A DNA stretch of 64,000 nucleotides from Patescibacteria group bacterium (GCA_016861205.1 BOKX01000001.1:988758-1052757); one strand, 5' to 3'. Shown: positions 35,347-46,321, numbered from the stretch's first letter. Notes: a model not told the origin generated them from the letters alone. Numbers and translations: made by a program.

Positions 35347-35925
35347 TTAAAAACCTAGTGCGACAGAACGGTCAATCTCTATCAATTTGCTACTGCGTGA
35401 GGTCCCGCGGAAAAGCGGCAAGTCATACTGCAGAATGTAGTCGGTGAATAAAACCCCGTTCAAGTGGTCCAGCTCGTGCTGAATGACACGGGCGGCAAAG
35501 TCGCTGGCTCGCATGCGACGATTGACGAGTTTGTCACCTTCGACGGTTTGATACTCCAACTCCACCCAGCTCCATCGAGGAACTGGTCCGTAGAGATCGG
35601 GAATCGACAAACAGCCTTCCAAAACCTCCTCACCAGCTCGTGGCCCAAGAACAGGAGTTGCGCTGGTTTTGGTTATAACCGGGTTGATGTACAGGACCAT
35701 CTGGCTAGGTGCAGATTCATCATTATCCAGAGCCACATGGGTCACAAACATGCGCCAAGACTGATTTACCTGGGGAGCCGCCAAGCCAACACCGGGAGGG
35801 TTGTTTTGGGCCAAAAGGGTTTTGGGGAGCTCGGTGCTGAGTTGCCACAGCTCGTCAGTGAGCTTGGTCACTGGCTGGGCAGTAGCTCGCAGAGTTGCAT
35901 GGGGAACCGAGATAATCTTCATCAT
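35347..35925 (-). CDS. def: Peptide deformylase
   Basis: GVGLAAPQV, EGCLS, QHELDHLNG. Confidence 0.97.
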   Translation of the reverse strand: MMKIISVPHATLRATAQPVTKLTDELWQLSTELPKTLLAQNNPPGVGLAAPQVNQSWRMFVTHVALDNDESAPSQMVLYINPVITKTSATPVLGPRAGEEVLEGCLSIPDLYGPVPRWSWVELEYQTVEGDKLVNRRMRASDFAARVIQHELDHLNGVLFTDYILQYDLPLFRGTSRSSKLIEIDRSVALGF

Positions 35926-35966
35926 GTGCGACACTATTATACTAGAGCATACGTTAAAACCATCCA

Positions 35967-38192
35967 CTAGCGTGTTTGGGGCTGAGCGCTGAGTGTGGCT
36001 TGCAACTGCTCCAGTCGATCGCGAATCGCGTCATTCTTCGGATTCTTGGTCAAGATGTACTGGTACTCAGCCATTGCTTCGGTCCAGTTCTTTTGTTGTT
36101 CAAACAACTTACCAAGCTCAGCCCGCGCAGACTCATAGTTGGGGCGCAACTGGATGGCCGTCTCGAGCAGTTCTTGGCCTTTTGCTGTTTGGCCCTGGCT
36201 TAGTACAACCAGTGCAAGGTTGTAGACTAGTTTGGCATCCGTTGGTGAGAGTTTGAGTGCTTGTTCTAAAACGTGTTGGGCAGCTGGGATTTTACTTGCA
36301 TCAAAACTCCCGAGAGTGATAAAGAGTCGTGCTCGGGTTTTGTAAAAGTTCAGGTGCCGAGGGTTGCGACGCAGAGCTTCGTCACTGAACGCTTCAGCAG
36401 AAGTAGCAAACTGAGCGGCCGCGGTCGACTCATGTTGTAGCTCCAAAGCGGCTGAGATTTGTCCATAGGTCCCAGCTAGTTCGTCGTAGAACAGGGCTTC
36501 AGCTGGTGAAAGTCTGACAGCCATTTCCAAATTTTGGATTCCGAGCTCAACTAAGCCAGATTTTATGGCGTTTTTACCTTGTGCGTAGCGATAATCTGCT
36601 TGCCATTGAGTTCGAACCAACCACAACCACCAGATTAAACAGAGAGCCAGTAGAATCAGCCCAATGGTTTGGGCTGGATGCCAGTCATCAGATTGTGTGG
36701 CTTGGTACTTGGTATCAGGTATGGCAAGGAGACTGAGGCCTGCCATATATAAATAGAGTAAGACCGTGACCATGACGGTCGAGAAACCAAAAAAGTTGGA
36801 TACGCTCAAAGCGATGACACCACTGCCCCAAGCCAAGATTTGAAGCACTGAAGCGTTCTCATCCGGTTTTGCAGTGAAAATTTGTTTGAAGCCGAGCCAA
36901 CCACCCATTCCCAAAACAGCGAGATAGGTGACGAGACCAATCAAGCCTGTAGTAGCTAAATAGTTCAAAAATTCGTTGTGAGCCTTGTTATACAAGAAGT
37001 CCCATTCTGAGACATTATTGTGTTCAACTGGTCGATCTTGGTAGTAACTATAGGCAAAAGTTTCTACGCCTGATCCGAAGATGGGATAGCGTTGCCAAAC
37101 CTTGATTGCTCCTTGCCAGACAATTTTGCGGATTTCACCGGAATCGGTGCCACCTTCACCAAGTCGGTCAACTGAACCAGTTTCAGCCGGAGTAGCTGGT
37201 GACGGTACGACTGACAGGGTGCTGTTGCTTAGTAGAGATTGAAGCGACGGTGAAAAAGGGGTGCCACTATATAGACTAACACTGACTATAATCGCCATCG
37301 CTGCGCCAACGAAGATTGAGAGAGGTTTCCAACTTGAGTGGGGAGAGTGACCGCGCAGTCGATGCCAGAGTTGCCAGCCAATCCAGCCACCAATGTATAC
37401 ACCAAGCCCCAGCCCCAGACCGAGGATACCAGACCGAGATCTTGTGTAAAGGGTGGTGGCAGTAAATAATCCCACCACACTACAACCAACTGTGGCCCAA
37501 CCCAATTTTTGTGCCAAGGTCCAGTGACTGGTTTTTGCCCATTGCCGACTCCACATCGAAATCGTGAGTGGAATAATCATGATTAAGTACGCTGCCAACC
37601 AGTTTGGTTGCCCAAACGTACCGAACACCCGACTTTTGACATCCTGAATCCAGCAGTCGACACCGAAACTTTGGCCGTTAGTAATTAACCAGCAACTTGG
37701 AGAATGACCAAAATGTTCAGGAGCAGCATATAACGAGGCCCCGATGGCTCCCACGATGACACTCCACCATAAACCTTGTAGGCTCCGGCGAGTAAATGTG
37801 TTGACAGCGGTGTAGTACAGCAACAGGTAAGCGACAGTGGAGGCTAACCCACCATGGAAGCGAGAGTAGTAACCCCAAACTGATGTATACGGGTGAATTG
37901 ACAAGACGGTCGAGAGAACTTGTGAAGCAGCAAAGGCAGCCAACACCCAATCAAGGGGTGTTTTGCGCCAGATGAAGCGTTGCTGCAACAGCATCCGGCC
38001 TACCCAAGTACTAACAATCAAGCCAGTCAAAGCATAGACCGCAATCATCTTGTTAAACTCAAACAACTCATCGTTTATCCAGGTGAACAAAAAAGGTACC
38101 AGCAGCACGAGGAGGTGGAACAGGCCAATCCCAGCCACGCGCCAGTGCTCAGGATTCAAGAAAGAATTTTGTGTCTTCACCGCAGTGCTCAT
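35967..38192 (-). CDS. O-antigen ligase/Wzy_C family protein with TPR repeats
   Basis: GTFGQPNWLAAY, TRSRSG, IRKIVW, PIFGSG, AHNEFL; C-terminal TPRs. Confidence 0.88.
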   Translation of the reverse strand: MSTAVKTQNSFLNPEHWRVAGIGLFHLLVLLVPFLFTWINDELFEFNKMIAVYALTGLIVSTWVGRMLLQQRFIWRKTPLDWVLAAFAASQVLSTVLSIHPYTSVWGYYSRFHGGLASTVAYLLLYYTAVNTFTRRSLQGLWWSVIVGAIGASLYAAPEHFGHSPSCWLITNGQSFGVDCWIQDVKSRVFGTFGQPNWLAAYLIMIIPLTISMWSRQWAKTSHWTLAQKLGWATVGCSVVGLFTATTLYTRSRSGILGLGLGLGVYIGGWIGWQLWHRLRGHSPHSSWKPLSIFVGAAMAIIVSVSLYSGTPFSPSLQSLLSNSTLSVVPSPATPAETGSVDRLGEGGTDSGEIRKIVWQGAIKVWQRYPIFGSGVETFAYSYYQDRPVEHNNVSEWDFLYNKAHNEFLNYLATTGLIGLVTYLAVLGMGGWLGFKQIFTAKPDENASVLQILAWGSGVIALSVSNFFGFSTVMVTVLLYLYMAGLSLLAIPDTKYQATQSDDWHPAQTIGLILLALCLIWWLWLVRTQWQADYRYAQGKNAIKSGLVELGIQNLEMAVRLSPAEALFYDELAGTYGQISAALELQHESTAAAQFATSAEAFSDEALRRNPRHLNFYKTRARLFITLGSFDASKIPAAQHVLEQALKLSPTDAKLVYNLALVVLSQGQTAKGQELLETAIQLRPNYESARAELGKLFEQQKNWTEAMAEYQYILTKNPKNDAIRDRLEQLQATLSAQPQTR

Positions 38193-38214
38193 AAGTTGCT
38201 ATAGTATAAGGGTT

Positions 38215-38865
38215 ATGACAGATCCTGCCCAGTCAAATTCTTACGTAGATTCGTACGCACCACCAAGCTCTCAAGCTGCCACTGCGCCTGCCTCTTTTGC
38301 TGAGCCAGCGCCCATGACCCCGAGCGCGCCAGCTATGCCAACTCAAAGTCAGCCAGTCATGCCTGCTGATAATGCGACACCAGCTTCTGACGCATCACCC
38401 GCAGCTGATATGTTTGATGCTAACGATCCAGAAGCCCTCGAGAACCAAAATATTTTCGAACTTCTTGGTGTGGTGGATGGGACTGAGGCCGAGCGTGAGT
38501 CGTTCCTGGATGAACTACAACAAGTGATCTGGGAAGACATGTTGGAGAACGATGTTCCGCAGCTGATTACAGCTGAAGAACTCACCCAGCTTGATGGTAT
38601 TAAAGCCCAAACGTTTGCCAGTGAGCTGGAGAAGCAAGAAGCGATCATTACCTTTTTGGAGAAGATTATTCCTGATCTTGAAGAGATCATGCTCGAAAAA
38701 GCACTGGAACTCAAAGAAGACATGATGCGCGAGCGAATTAGCGGCATGCGCGAGTACTATGTTAACCAGGCTGAACCGCTGCAAAAAATAGCTTCGGCTG
38801 AAGAGCTGATTAATAGTGATAAGTGGCGTTCTGCAGCCACAATTTTGAACGCACTCCAGTCATAG
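38215..38865 (+). CDS. Hypothetical acidic protein (Pro/Ala-rich N-terminus)
   Basis: ATG 38215; NIFELLG...FLEKIIPDLEEI. Confidence 0.7.
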   Translation: MTDPAQSNSYVDSYAPPSSQAATAPASFAEPAPMTPSAPAMPTQSQPVMPADNATPASDASPAADMFDANDPEALENQNIFELLGVVDGTEAERESFLDELQQVIWEDMLENDVPQLITAEELTQLDGIKAQTFASELEKQEAIITFLEKIIPDLEEIMLEKALELKEDMMRERISGMREYYVNQAEPLQKIASAEELINSDKWRSAATILNALQS

Positions 38866-38950
38866 GAGTTGCCAAACTGGTTCCAGCAACGTCAGGTTTT
38901 TTACATACCGCCTGGTAACAAGGTGTGATATTCTCGTCACAACAGCGACT

Positions 38951-39973
38951 ATGAGTTCTATTAAATTACCATTCTGGGATCGGTGGCAGCCAGAGGCAGT
39001 GTATCTCGATTGGGGTTCCCGAAGTTTCAAGTATCAGGTCGGGCAACGTGCGATTCAATCTCAAGCGGGTTGTGTGGTGTATCACCCAGGGAAGCAAAGT
39101 GTCGTCAGTTGGGGAACTGCAGCTGTAGGTTGGACCGGCAAGCTACCACCAGGACTTCGGCAAGTTTGGCCAGTCAAGCAGGGGGCAGTAGTGGATATCG
39201 AAGCGGCTACTTTGCTGATGCGAAGTTGGTGGCAAAGCTGGCCGCACGCAAAAGGCCAGCGATACCATTTATATGTGGCTGTGCCGACGCTGGCTTCGCC
39301 AGTCGAGCGCAGTATTATGAGTGATGCCTTCGGTTCAGCTGGTATTCACGCTGTCAAGTTGGTGAATCAGGCGGATTGTTTAGTCTATGCTGCTCAACAC
39401 AGTGGGCGAGCTATGCACACTGGTTTACTGATCATGATTGGCTCGACGTACAGTGAAGTGGTGGTGCTGCACGACAACCAAATCAAAGCCCAACGAACCT
39501 GGCGATGGGGCAGCGACAACATTACCACCGAGTTACAAAAACTATTGCACACAGAGTACCAATGCCAAGTAAGTTGGCAGACCATTCAAGCAGCTCAATG
39601 GTCGATAGCTCAATTACCGGTTATGAGCACTGGGGTAGCTGGCGAACAACAAGTGACAATGCGGGGCAAGCATGCTTTGACGCATCTACCGGTGACGCTA
39701 ACCCTCACCAATGTGATGTGCCAACCGGTGTTAGATACTTGGAGTTTACAAGTCAGACAAGAGCTCGTGTCATTTTTAGCAACCCTGCCGGCAACTGTAC
39801 GGGAGTCAGTGCTCGCTCAAGGTGTGTGGCTGACGGGCGGTGGAAGTCGAGTGAAAAAAGTTGAGCAGTACTTGGCTGATATTCTTGATTGTTCGGTGTC
39901 TACTGCGCTACAACCAGAACTAAGCGTGTTACAAGGTTTGCAAGGAGTGATGAATGGATCCCAGAAAGATTGA
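38951..39973 (+). CDS. mreB: Divergent MreB-like actin-fold protein
   Basis: LDWGS, PVKQGAVVD, VPT..SPVER, LTGGGS; first gene of mreBCD-pbp2. Confidence 0.75.
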   Translation: MSSIKLPFWDRWQPEAVYLDWGSRSFKYQVGQRAIQSQAGCVVYHPGKQSVVSWGTAAVGWTGKLPPGLRQVWPVKQGAVVDIEAATLLMRSWWQSWPHAKGQRYHLYVAVPTLASPVERSIMSDAFGSAGIHAVKLVNQADCLVYAAQHSGRAMHTGLLIMIGSTYSEVVVLHDNQIKAQRTWRWGSDNITTELQKLLHTEYQCQVSWQTIQAAQWSIAQLPVMSTGVAGEQQVTMRGKHALTHLPVTLTLTNVMCQPVLDTWSLQVRQELVSFLATLPATVRESVLAQGVWLTGGGSRVKKVEQYLADILDCSVSTALQPELSVLQGLQGVMNGSQKD

Positions 39974-40754
39974 GTATCCCAGCTTTTTTCAAGCTTTGCG
40001 CGCCGAAAAGTTGCAGCTAGTTGTAGTTGTGGCAGGTATTTGGTTTTTTGAGTGGCTGGGAATGACCACGAACCTGACTGTTTTTTTGGGATGGCTTGCC
40101 AACCCGCTGCTAACCACTAGTCACCAGTTGGTGATGACAGCAGCTTGGCCATATCAAATTTTGCGCACTAGCCATCGCGCTGCCCGACGAATACAAGACT
40201 TAGAGCTCAAGTATGCGGTCAGTCAGGCACAATTATCAGACTTAGCCGCATTGCAAGCGGAGAATCAGGCTTTGCGGGCATTGTTGGAGAGCTCAACCCG
40301 TGCCAGCGGCAGTGGAGTTGTGGCGGCCCCAATTGTGTCGCTGACAGACCCAGCCATTGCGGCCGGCTCTGAAGCCGGGGTGAAGCCAGGTTATTTAGTG
40401 ACTGCTAGTGGTACTTTACTGGGTATTGTGCAAGCGACCGGCCCGTATCAATCCGAGATCTCACTCTTGTCACAACGAGATGGCGTGTTGATTGTGGCGC
40501 GGACTGAAACAGGCGTAGAAGGTCTTATCAAAGGTGATGGCCGACGGGTGTTGCTGACTGAAGTCCCGTTGGATCAACCACTTGAGGTGGGGCAGAAACT
40601 GGTGACGGTTGGGCAGATAGGAGTCACGCCCCAGTTGTTTATTGGTCAGATTCAAAGTATCAAGGCGGATCCGACCGCCGCAACTCAAGTGGCTGTAGTT
40701 GATCAGTTAGTGTCGTTTTATCAAACAGTGATAGTAGAGGTTCAGTCACCATGA
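39954..40754 (+). CDS. mreC: Rod shape-determining protein MreC
   Basis: LQAENQALRALL, AGSEAGVKPG, GTLLG, LFIGQI. Confidence 0.85.
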   Translation: MDPRKIEYPSFFQALRAEKLQLVVVVAGIWFFEWLGMTTNLTVFLGWLANPLLTTSHQLVMTAAWPYQILRTSHRAARRIQDLELKYAVSQAQLSDLAALQAENQALRALLESSTRASGSGVVAAPIVSLTDPAIAAGSEAGVKPGYLVTASGTLLGIVQATGPYQSEISLLSQRDGVLIVARTETGVEGLIKGDGRRVLLTEVPLDQPLEVGQKLVTVGQIGVTPQLFIGQIQSIKADPTAATQVAVVDQLVSFYQTVIVEVQSP

Positions 40755-41215
40755 TACTGAAAATAGTCACGCAACTTGGTTGGTTTGTTGGTTTAGCATT
40801 CGTGGCGACTTTAGAGCGAGTGGTGGGCTTGCCGGGTTGGTACTTTTTGGGTATGTGGTGGTGGACTACGCAACTACCGGCCGGTTGGGTGCGGGTTTTA
40901 GCGTTGGTAGCTGGAGGGTTGTGGTTAGCTGTGGTGTTCAATGTCCCGTTGAGCTGGGGCGTAGCGTTGTTAGCAAGTTGGTACTTAGCAGGTACGTTGT
41001 TACCGACACAAGCTAGCTGGCAAACAGTCAGACTCTGTTTGTTGGTTTTGGTGTGGATGTTGCTGGTGGCGGTGTTGGCAAAAGTTCCGTGGTCTTGGCT
41101 CAGTGTGGGGTACACCTTGGGTGTGCTGGCGGTGGTGGTAATTGTTAGTCGAGCAGTGGTGATTTGGGATCAGCGGTTGCAGTTATCGGCTTGGTGGAAA
41201 TACCGATCAATATGA
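40751..41215 (+). CDS. mreD: MreD-like membrane protein
   Basis: Multi-TM ORF between mreC and pbp2. Confidence 0.6.
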   Translation: MILKIVTQLGWFVGLAFVATLERVVGLPGWYFLGMWWWTTQLPAGWVRVLALVAGGLWLAVVFNVPLSWGVALLASWYLAGTLLPTQASWQTVRLCLLVLVWMLLVAVLAKVPWSWLSVGYTLGVLAVVVIVSRAVVIWDQRLQLSAWWKYRSI

Positions 41216-43038
41216 CAAACACTTCTACGCGGCCACTGGCTGTCAGAACTCGGATCCTGACGGGGGTGTGGGTGTCATTGCTGAGTTTATTGGGGGTGAG
41301 GTTGATTGATGTGCAACTGCATAAAGGGAGTGAGTTTCGAGTTCAAGCCGATGACAATCGTTTTTTTACCCAACGTCTCGTTGCCAATCGAGGGGTTTTG
41401 CTTGATCGATATGGTGAGCCATTAGTTTGGAACCAGCGACGTTACTACACCGTCGCTGATCCACAATCACTCCATCCTACCAAGCAATTTATCGATCGAG
41501 AAACTGCGTTGGTGTTGCTGGCAACTCGCTCTGCAGAGGTTGGGTTTACGACCGAGCGGGAGTATCGCTACCCAGAGGTTTTAGCCCAAGTAGTAGGCTA
41601 TGTAGCCCCCGTGACGGTGGAAGATTTGGAGCAAGATCCCACCTTGTCATCACAACATCAAGTAGGCAAGTTGGGTTTGGAAAAAAGTTTTGACGAGCGA
41701 TTGCGAGGGATTGATGGTAAAGAAGTGGTGGAAATTAATGCTCTGGGTCAAAAACAACGGGTGATCAAACACGTTGAGCCACAATCTGGTCAAGCGATCC
41801 AAACTACGCTCGATCCAGAACTAGCTCAAGTAGCCTGGCAGGCTTTGGGTGATCATCCCGGGGCGGTGGTGATCAGTGACGCTAGTAGTGGAGCCCTACT
41901 GGCGGTTGTCAACAAACCGAGTTTTGATGCAAACCTTATTAGTCAGGTGCCAATCGATGATCAAGAGCGGCAAAGCCGCGCCAGCCAGCTGTCAACTCTT
42001 TTTACCGATCCACGAAAGTTGTTTTTTAATCGAGCTGTCGCCGGTGCATATCCGCCGGGTTCTGTTTTCAAGCTGGTCACCGCATTGGCTGGTTTGGAAT
42101 CGGGGGCAATTACGGCTGAGACCTCTGTCGTCGACGAAGGTATTTTAAAAGTTGGCGAATACGAGTATCGCAACTGGTACTTTACCCAATATGGGCGTAC
42201 AGAGGGGGAAATTTCACTGGTGCGAGCACTAGCACGCAGTAATGATATTTACTTCTACAAAGCGGCTGAGTTTATCGGGCCGAGCAAGTTGGCCGAGTTT
42301 GCCCGCATTTTTGGGTTTGGAAAAGCACCTGGCAGCCAGCTGAGTGGCGAGGCTGTCGGGCTTGTTCCGGATCCAGAGTGGAAAGAGCAAAAGCTAGGTG
42401 AGCGGTGGTTTTTAGGTAACACGTATCACTTTGGGATCGGCCAAGGCGATCTCCTAGTCTCTCCGTTGCAAATTGCATCGCTAGGTCAAGCTATTGCTAA
42501 CAACGGCATGCAATGTCAGCCAAGTTTTACCCCACAACAAATTCCGGATTGTCGGGAGATTAGTGTCCATACCGAAAACATGGAACTGATTTTGCAGGGG
42601 ATGCTCGACGCTTGTAGCCCAGGGGGAACCGCGTTCCCGTTTTTCGCTTTCAATCAAGCTCGAAGGGTGACTGATCAGGATGCAAAGGCTGATTTAGAAT
42701 CTGGTGCTGTAGCTTGTAAGACTGGTACCGCGGAGTTTGGGGGAGCCGATGCCAATGGCCATAGACGGACTCACGGTTGGTTTTTGGCTATCGTTGAGCC
42801 CAAGCTCAGCAGTACAGCACCAAGTGATCCGCAGCAACTCAAGTGGTGGGAGCGGGCGCGTGCTCAAGGTTTCCCACGTCGGTTGGTGATCACTGTTTTA
42901 ACAGAAAGTAATGATCAGATTCCTTTCAAAGAAGGTTCTCGTGAAGCCGCCCCAGTGGCTAAGTCAATTGTGGACTGGTTGAATGGAGCGGCAGCGCCAA
43001 CTGCCACGGCTTCTGCTGGGCCCGCTTCTTCTCGTTGA
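41212..43038 (+). CDS. mrdA: Class B penicillin-binding protein (PBP2)
   Basis: RGVLLDR, REYRY, GKLGLEK, PGSVFK, SND, KTGTAE. Confidence 0.9.
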   Translation: MTNTSTRPLAVRTRILTGVWVSLLSLLGVRLIDVQLHKGSEFRVQADDNRFFTQRLVANRGVLLDRYGEPLVWNQRRYYTVADPQSLHPTKQFIDRETALVLLATRSAEVGFTTEREYRYPEVLAQVVGYVAPVTVEDLEQDPTLSSQHQVGKLGLEKSFDERLRGIDGKEVVEINALGQKQRVIKHVEPQSGQAIQTTLDPELAQVAWQALGDHPGAVVISDASSGALLAVVNKPSFDANLISQVPIDDQERQSRASQLSTLFTDPRKLFFNRAVAGAYPPGSVFKLVTALAGLESGAITAETSVVDEGILKVGEYEYRNWYFTQYGRTEGEISLVRALARSNDIYFYKAAEFIGPSKLAEFARIFGFGKAPGSQLSGEAVGLVPDPEWKEQKLGERWFLGNTYHFGIGQGDLLVSPLQIASLGQAIANNGMQCQPSFTPQQIPDCREISVHTENMELILQGMLDACSPGGTAFPFFAFNQARRVTDQDAKADLESGAVACKTGTAEFGGADANGHRRTHGWFLAIVEPKLSSTAPSDPQQLKWWERARAQGFPRRLVITVLTESNDQIPFKEGSREAAPVAKSIVDWLNGAAAPTATASAGPASSR

Positions 43039-43096
43039 TCGCTCGGCATCGTTGTCAAGCAAGCTTCGTGCAAGCTCAACTGCGTATAGTCAAAGT

Positions 43097-44017
43097 ATGG
43101 GATTTGAGAGTCGTTATCGAACTGAGCCAACTCATCTTATTTCTACTACAGACCAAGCGTATCCCGAATGGTTGCGAAGGTGCTCAGACCATCCAGAGCA
43201 GTTGTTTGTCAAAGGTACCTGGCCTTGGGGTGAGCCCCAACTCGATAGACCAAGTTTGGCAGTGATTGGAACTCGTCATCCTACCGTGTATGGTGCCACT
43301 GCGACTCAAACACTGATCCGGCAGCTAGCCCACGTTCGGCCAATTATTGTGTCTGGCGCAATGGTGGGGATTGATAGCCTATCTCACCATGCAGCTTTAG
43401 CACAGAAGCTTACTACGGTCGGAGTATTAGGATACGGGTTTGAGCATTGTTATCCGAGTTCTCAACTTGAGTTGTTTGAGACAATTTTAGCCAATGGAGG
43501 CTGTTTAGTTAGTGAGTACCCACCAGCTGTTGGGCCGCGCAAACACCAGTTTGTGCATCGCAACCGAATCATTGCAGGTTTGGCGCAGATGGTGATTGTA
43601 GTAGAGGCTGCCGAACAGAGTGGAACGATGATCACAGTCCAGTACGCACTCGACTACGGGCGAAGCGTGGGAGCAGTGCCAGGCCCCATTACAAATCCCT
43701 ACAGTGTTGGTACGAGTTGCTTACTAAATCAGGGGGCGGTGTGTGTCATCAATGGTCAAAGTGTTTTAGCCGAGATTGGCTGGGAAGGCAAGCCATTGTT
43801 AGCAGGGTCCAGTCAAGGTGAGCATCCGCACCAGCCGGTTCTGAGTGAGCCAGTGTCAGCCAAACTTTGGGAAACACTGCAGGCGCAGCCCCAGTCAATT
43901 GACCAACTCGCCGCAGTGGTGTCAGCCCCGCTCGATCAAATCTTAGTGGTTCTCAGCGGTTGGGAACTGGCTGGCTGGGTGATGTTTGCTCATGGTGTTT
44001 GGATGCCTGCTCGCTGA
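43097..44017 (+). CDS. dprA: DNA-processing protein DprA
   Basis: AVIGTR, IVSG..GID, SEYPP, RNRIIAGL, VEAAEQSGT. Confidence 0.95.
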   Translation: MGFESRYRTEPTHLISTTDQAYPEWLRRCSDHPEQLFVKGTWPWGEPQLDRPSLAVIGTRHPTVYGATATQTLIRQLAHVRPIIVSGAMVGIDSLSHHAALAQKLTTVGVLGYGFEHCYPSSQLELFETILANGGCLVSEYPPAVGPRKHQFVHRNRIIAGLAQMVIVVEAAEQSGTMITVQYALDYGRSVGAVPGPITNPYSVGTSCLLNQGAVCVINGQSVLAEIGWEGKPLLAGSSQGEHPHQPVLSEPVSAKLWETLQAQPQSIDQLAAVVSAPLDQILVVLSGWELAGWVMFAHGVWMPAR

Positions 44018-44050
44018 AGAAGTTGCATGAGTGTGTCATAATGCCGGGAT

Positions 44051-46303
44051 ATGTCGTTGGTTATCGTAGAATCTCCTACCAAAGCTCGCAAGTTGGCCGA
44101 ATACTTGGGCAGCAAGTACACAGTTATGGCTTCTGTGGGTCACGTTCGTGACTTGCCGAAGAGCGAGTTGGGTATTGATATCGATCATGATTTCGAGCCC
44201 ACGTACGTGGTTGATGCTGGTAAGCGCGACGTCGTTAAAAAACTGCGTGATTTGGCCGAACGTAACGAAGTTGTGTACTTAGCTACTGACCCTGACCGAG
44301 AAGGCGAAGCCATTGCTTGGCACGTTCAATACTTGTTAACAAACCAATCTGGTAGCAAATCAAAGAGGTCAAACGATCCCAAGTTCTATCGGGCTGTTTT
44401 CCACGAGATTACCAAGCAAGCTGTGCAGTCGGCGATTGCCAATCCGATTCAGCTCAATCAAGATTTAGTTAATGCGCAGCAAGCGAGACGGGTAGTTGAT
44501 CGCCTGGTGGGTTACCAAGTTTCACCGGTGTTGTGGCGAAAAGTCCGACGCGGTCTTTCAGCTGGTCGTGTTCAGTCGGTGGCGTTGCGTCTGATTGTCG
44601 AGCGTGAGCGAGAGATTCAAGCTTTCGTGCCCGAAGAGTATTGGGAACTGGATGTGTTGTTGTCACTCAATGGAGGCCAACTTGGTATTTCAGTCAGCGG
44701 TGATCCGTTGACCAAACCTGCGTGGCTAGATAATCCACCCGCCGACACATTGGTCGCCCGAGTCATCAAAATCGATGAGAAAAACTTTGAACCGCAGTCG
44801 GCTGCCATGGCTGAACCAATTTTACGGTGGTTGCCAGGAGCGCAGTATCAAGTTTCGAGCATCGAGCGCAAACGCCGCGAACGAGTCAGTTTGCCGCCAT
44901 TTACGACCTCAACGTTACAGCAAGCAGCCGCGAATCGATTGGGTTTTACCAGTAAGCAGACCATGAGTTTGGCTCAGCAGCTATACGAAGAAGGTCTGAT
45001 TACGTATCACCGGACTGATGCGGTGGCTTTGTCGCAGTCAGCTATTGAAATGGCTCGTGCGCACATTGCTCATCACTATGGCTCAGAGTACGTGCCGGTG
45101 CAACCGCGTCGATTTTCAACCAAGTCCAAAAACGCCCAAGAGGCTCACGAAGCCATCCGGGTGACCGACGTCAAAATCAGTGCCAACGCAGTGGCTGGGC
45201 GAGGGGCAAAATTGGGTGACCGACATGCTAAGCTGTACGACTTAATTTGGCGACGCTTTGTGGCCAGTCAAATGGCGGCCTCAGTTTCAGATCAAACCAC
45301 TATTCTGATCGAAGCTCGAGGTGGGGCAGCTGACGGACAACCAAGTTCGGCCCAACTGAAAGCTACTGGCTCAGTAATGACTTTTGATGGCTGGACAAAG
45401 TTGTTTCCGGCCAGCGATGATCGCCTGCTGCCAGCAGTTCAAGATAACCAAGCCCTACAGTACCAAGTTCATCATGGTGCCCAAAAGTTTACCCAGCCAC
45501 CAGCTCGGTACAACGATGCCTCGTTAGTCAAAGAGTTGGAAAAACGGGGAATTGGCCGCCCGAGTACATATGCTTCAATCATCTCTGTTTTGGTCGATCG
45601 TGGATATGTGGAACGGCTAGAGAAAAGGTTTGTGCCTACGGCTGTTGGTATGGCTGTCGCAGATTTTCTGCTGCAGCATTTCCGAGTTTTTATGGAGTAC
45701 GATTTTACGGCTGAAATGGAAGAAGATCTGGACCGAATTGCCCGAGGTGAACGCGAGTGGCACAAGGTGGTCAAAGCTTTTTATCAACCACTAGCCCAGA
45801 TCATCGCCCAGGTGACAAAACAAGCCGAACGAGTCCAGATTCCGGTTGAAGAGACTGGCGAGAGTTGTCCGACTTGCGGTGCCACAGAGGGTGGGCGAGT
45901 GGTTATTCGCTCTGGTCGTTTTGGCAAGTTCCGCAGTTGCAATCGATTCCCTGAGTGCGATTACACTGAAAACATTGTTGAAAAAGTGGCTGATCAAAAG
46001 TGTCCGCTGTGTCAAAAAGGGGAAGTGATTATCAAGCCCAGTCGATGGGGTAAATCATTTTTTGGCTGCTCCCGCTATCCAGAATGTAAGTGGGCGAGTT
46101 GGAAAAAACCTGAACCAGGATTGGTAATTACGGAGGCTGAGTGGGCGGATATGCAGGCAGAACGAGAAGCTAAAAAGGCTGCCAAGTTAGCTAAGAATGG
46201 TGGTAAGCCCGCATCAAAAACTGCCGGTCGAAGCACATCATCTGCGAAAAAAACACCTAAAAAAAGCCCGCGGTCAAAGTCGACGAAGGCGGCCAAAGCG
46301 TAA
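44051..46303 (+). CDS. topA: DNA topoisomerase I
   Basis: IVESPTK, ATDPDREGE, SAGRVQ, ITYHRTD, GIGRPSTY, C-terminal Zn ribbons and Lys-rich tail. Confidence 0.98.
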   Translation: MSLVIVESPTKARKLAEYLGSKYTVMASVGHVRDLPKSELGIDIDHDFEPTYVVDAGKRDVVKKLRDLAERNEVVYLATDPDREGEAIAWHVQYLLTNQSGSKSKRSNDPKFYRAVFHEITKQAVQSAIANPIQLNQDLVNAQQARRVVDRLVGYQVSPVLWRKVRRGLSAGRVQSVALRLIVEREREIQAFVPEEYWELDVLLSLNGGQLGISVSGDPLTKPAWLDNPPADTLVARVIKIDEKNFEPQSAAMAEPILRWLPGAQYQVSSIERKRRERVSLPPFTTSTLQQAAANRLGFTSKQTMSLAQQLYEEGLITYHRTDAVALSQSAIEMARAHIAHHYGSEYVPVQPRRFSTKSKNAQEAHEAIRVTDVKISANAVAGRGAKLGDRHAKLYDLIWRRFVASQMAASVSDQTTILIEARGGAADGQPSSAQLKATGSVMTFDGWTKLFPASDDRLLPAVQDNQALQYQVHHGAQKFTQPPARYNDASLVKELEKRGIGRPSTYASIISVLVDRGYVERLEKRFVPTAVGMAVADFLLQHFRVFMEYDFTAEMEEDLDRIARGEREWHKVVKAFYQPLAQIIAQVTKQAERVQIPVEETGESCPTCGATEGGRVVIRSGRFGKFRSCNRFPECDYTENIVEKVADQKCPLCQKGEVIIKPSRWGKSFFGCSRYPECKWASWKKPEPGLVITEAEWADMQAEREAKKAAKLAKNGGKPASKTAGRSTSSAKKTPKKSPRSKSTKAAKA

Positions 46304-46321
46304 CTACCAATCATCAGGCTT

